A stretch of DNA of 64,000 nucleotides from an uncultured delta proteobacterium (GTDB lineage: Bacteria; Myxococcota_A; Polyangia; Fen-1088): the NCBI GenBank assembly GCA_963796685.1, contig CAWCMR010000025.1:1184001-1248000 (forward strand). The letters are read 5' to 3'. The notes below the pieces were generated by a model. It did not search any database, was not told where the DNA came from, and saw nothing but the letters and a program-made list of their open reading frames with translations. Below, piece by piece: positions 61,901 through 64,000 of this stretch; within the stretch, counting starts at the first letter, position 1, and each line of letters opens with the position of its first letter. Position numbers and translations under genes: made by a program.

Positions 61901-64000
61901 TCGGGCCCCCGCCGGGCGGCCGTGAACTCCCTGGGCGTCGGAGGAACCAACGCCCAGGTGATTGTCGAGGAGTATTCGGTCGAACCCGAGTGCCAGTCGG
62001 TGAGTGGGTCGCGTTCGTTTCCGCTGACACTCTCCGCAACGACCGCGGAAGCCCTCGAACGACAGGTAAATTCATATCGAGAATTTCTGGCGAAGGAAAA
62101 AGCAGTATCCTTGGTCAACGTGGCGTTCACCGCAGCCACTGCCCGCAAGGCCTTGCCATGGCGGCACTCGGTGTCCGGTTCCACCTCAGAAGGCTGGATC
62201 GAGGGTCTGCAGCAGTTCAAGCGCAGCCTCGGGATCAAAGCGCGGCCCATGGCAGATCCCAAGATTGGGTTTCTCTTTTCCGGGCAGGGATCCCAGCGCT
62301 TGGGGATGGGCCGTTGGCTGTATGACAACGAGCCATCCTACCGTCGCGTTATCGATCAAGGTGCGGAGCTCCTCCAGCGCTCGTCCGGAACCGATCTCAG
62401 AACGATCCTGTTTGCCCCGACATCCCAGGCCGCAGCGGACGTCGTACAACAAACGGCGGTGGCCCAACCTGCATTGTTTCTGATGGAGTATGGGCTTGCG
62501 CGGCTCTTCACCGAGCGTGGCATAAATCCTGACTTCCTGATTGGACACAGCATCGGCGAATTCGCGGCGGCGTGTTTGGCTGGCGTATTCAGCTTCGAGG
62601 ACGCGCTGGCCTTGGTCGGACGCCGCGGTGCCCTGATGCAATCGATGGCACCTGGAACCATGATGGTAGTGAAGGCCTCGCTCGATTCCGCGCGCCCCTT
62701 CATACAAGAGCCCATCTCACTGGCCGCTATCAATGGGCCCAAGCTCCTCGTGCTCTCTGGCCCCACCCAAGCGGTCGAAGAACTGCAGGATCGGCTGAAG
62801 TCGGAGAAGATAGGCTCCAGCATTTTGCGCACGAGCCACGCCTTTCATTCTTCGATGATGCAGGCAGCGGCGGACGCCTTCATGCAGGACATGGCCAACA
62901 GCCATCCCGGCCGGGCGCGAATCCCAATCATCTCCACCCATACCGGGCGACAACTGACGGACATCGAGCTCGCCTCGCCGGAGTACTGGGCATCCCAGCT
63001 CCGTCAGCCCGTGCTCTTCTCAGCGGCGGTGACGGCTGCCGCGGAAGGTTACGGCGACGCCAACCTGGCCCTGGTCGAGGTCGGTCCGGGAAACACGCTA
63101 TGCACCCTGGCAGCATCGCACGAAACCCTCGACAAGAGCCTCAAACTTGCCAGTCAACCCTCGTCAGGCATCACTGACAATGCCAGTCACGAACTGACAG
63201 ACTGTTTGGGAGCCCTGTGGTCTTCCGGTTTTCCAGTGAACTGGCAACAGCATTTCGCCGGAACGGGCGCTCGCAAGGTCCGGCTACCCGGGTATGCCTT
63301 CGCACGTGACCGCCATTGGCTCGATCTTCCCCGTCCGGAACCTTCACACCTTCCCCCAACCCCCCCCGTCCACGCGCTGGTGGAAACCATCCAGGAAATT
63401 CCCATGTCTCAATCAGAACATACGCAAAGCATACAACTCCAGCTCAAATCCATCCTCGAAGAGGTGAGCGGCTATGACCTGGCGGAGATGGACCCTACGG
63501 CACAGTTCAGCGAAGTGGGGTTGGATTCCTTGCTTCTCACCCAGGCCGCGACGGCCATCGAGCGGAAATACGCTGTCGGGCTGACCTTCCGTCATATGGT
63601 CGAGGAATACACGAGTCTGGGTGATCTGGCCGCGTTCGTGGCCACCAAGGTGCCTGTCGCCACCAAGACCGCGGCAGTTCCGCAGACAGCGGCCGTGCCC
63701 TCCGTCCCGGCTCAGCCCATTGCGGCCGCCACCTTGCCCGCCTTACCCGCCTTGCCCGCCTTGCCCGCCTACGCGGGGGTGCCGGTCGCGACAGGCAATC
63801 CGTTGCAAGATCTGATCAATACTCAGCTACAGGTCATGCTTCAGCTGGCGACGCTGTCGAGCGCCAACTTGCTTGCGTCCACGCTGAGGAGTTCCGGCGT
63901 CATGCCGGCTCAGACTGCCGCTCCCCAAGGTCCAGCGGCGGTGGCGACCACGCCTATGGCGACCACGTCGGTGGCAGCCGCCCCAATTGCTGCGTCCCCC
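58928..64000 (+). CDS. Hybrid NRPS-type I PKS, 3'-partial: A-PCP-KS-AT-ACP-linker
   Basis: One frame from TTG 58928: YVVFTSGSTGKPKG (59369), NGYGPTE, YRTGD, NGKLD; PCP GGTS (Ser 60536); KS TACST (Cys 61211), HGT, NIGH; AT GHSIG (62543), HAFH; ACP GLDSL (Ser 63527). No stop seen before the window end. Confidence 0.92.
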   Translation, partial: MSRLSIPSLFARVASDNPGATAQCSYAADTWHRIDYATLLRQARQVSSALKSAGHKPGDAVVLPSVRTSHLCGHLLGILWAGGHYVFIDPRYPREHQAFVAQECGSRLGLLEEGSPSLDVAVHWLGVDWNREPPDDSDPSPDSELPAYVVFTSGSTGKPKGVVVPHRGVVRLVRDTSYIEFSPRQVYLQLSALSFDASTLELWGPLLNGGTCVLHPDSGATTAASIKDSLESQGVTTLWLTSSLYNTIISEHPEAIRSVRQLLVGGEALSVTHIRRGLELLPETQMFNGYGPTENTTFTTVYRIPRTLPGDTKRIPIGFPIDGTHCEIFNEKLEPELDQAKPGELIVFGDGLALGYLQRPELTSEKFVDVHCADGLKRRGYRTGDLVLRNPDGSYDFVARNDKQVKIDGHRIEPGEIELYLNQLPAIAEARVMLRVGPEGQKRLAAYFVTKAPLDRSVLRQQLEQHFPAHMVPHFLLPMQALPKNQNGKLDESKLPDPFAETTKRQHDHAAVAQCWREILGRSVETSDNFLDAGGTSLEALRLAERLGTRFGVALPATFVFEYPTIDSQNRYFAPQAPKDTLVHAVGGSRIQLAIVGMAARLPGARDVEEYWRNLLTGQESITFFSADELDAAVDDQEKSQPTYVRAKGLVADCDKFDAPFFGVSPIEADLMDPQHRMLLELAWHALEDAGILPGDDGRRTGVFVGANWARYYQQNILPNAAVIKRVGVLGAALGNETDFLCTRVSYKLNLKGPSVNVYTACSTGLVAIAQACAAIEQGQCEQAIAGGVSLITPVKSGYLYQEAGMLSKDGHCRPFDKASNGTTFNDGAAVVVIKRLDLAERDRDRIYAVIKGYAVNNDGVERASFTAPSVAGQVAVYRQALRNASVPASSIGFVETHGTATPLGDPIEVESLRQAFDMQGVPEKSCALGSAKSNIGHVIHAAGAAGFIKAVLAVKHNQIPATLFFTEPNPKLQLDKTPFFVNNMTTSWAISGPRRAAVNSLGVGGTNAQVIVEEYSVEPECQSVSGSRSFPLTLSATTAEALERQVNSYREFLAKEKAVSLVNVAFTAATARKALPWRHSVSGSTSEGWIEGLQQFKRSLGIKARPMADPKIGFLFSGQGSQRLGMGRWLYDNEPSYRRVIDQGAELLQRSSGTDLRTILFAPTSQAAADVVQQTAVAQPALFLMEYGLARLFTERGINPDFLIGHSIGEFAAACLAGVFSFEDALALVGRRGALMQSMAPGTMMVVKASLDSARPFIQEPISLAAINGPKLLVLSGPTQAVEELQDRLKSEKIGSSILRTSHAFHSSMMQAAADAFMQDMANSHPGRARIPIISTHTGRQLTDIELASPEYWASQLRQPVLFSAAVTAAAEGYGDANLALVEVGPGNTLCTLAASHETLDKSLKLASQPSSGITDNASHELTDCLGALWSSGFPVNWQQHFAGTGARKVRLPGYAFARDRHWLDLPRPEPSHLPPTPPVHALVETIQEIPMSQSEHTQSIQLQLKSILEEVSGYDLAEMDPTAQFSEVGLDSLLLTQAATAIERKYAVGLTFRHMVEEYTSLGDLAAFVATKVPVATKTAAVPQTAAVPSVPAQPIAAATLPALPALPALPAYAGVPVATGNPLQDLINTQLQVMLQLATLSSANLLASTLRSSGVMPAQTAAPQGPAAVATTPMATTSVAAAPIAASP

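Noticed and set aside
63733-63770. 9-bp tandem repeat (LPA x4)
   Set aside because: Ordinary low-complexity interdomain linker.
59511-63815. Listed ORFs such as 60518..61798 (-)
   Set aside because: Antisense or off-frame shadows of the NRPS-PKS gene.

Overview
GC-rich bacterial window, probably Myxococcota/Polyangia (inferred from the lipoproteins with long Gly/Ser/Thr linkers). It is one large, IS-riddled Wzx/Wzy-type exopolysaccharide locus: a short OPX/Wza, a polysaccharide co-polymerase with a BY-kinase-like partner lacking the Walker A Lys, two Wzx flippases, a Wzy/O-antigen-ligase protein, 2 GT2, 3 GT4, 3 polysaccharide deacetylases, an acyltransferase-3, a CelD/BcsL-type GNAT, 3 methyltransferases, 2 JmjC/cupins, a GH123/DUF4091-like protein, 2 secreted esterases and 5 related secreted beta-propeller proteins. 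A 4'-phosphopantetheinyl transferase sits inside the glycosyltransferase operon. A hybrid NRPS-PKS (A[Val-like]-PCP-KS-AT-ACP...) starts at about 58928 and runs off the window, so it is absent from the ORF track. Mobile DNA: three members of a multi-gene DDE-transposase + ExeA-ATPase family, 2 ISAzo13, ISKra4-like, 2 ISL3, IS5/IS1182-like and an IS1380 remnant. Best leads: (1) a putative NRPS/PKS-driven acyl decoration system for the polysaccharide; (2) a 1338-bp near-identical propeller module fused to two unrelated signal/linker N-termini, within a 5-member family; (3) the DDE+ExeA(+RecA-like AAA) transposons; (4) two unannotated decayed copies of the wza 3' end that share a stop codon. All calls come from reading motifs by eye; no searches were run.
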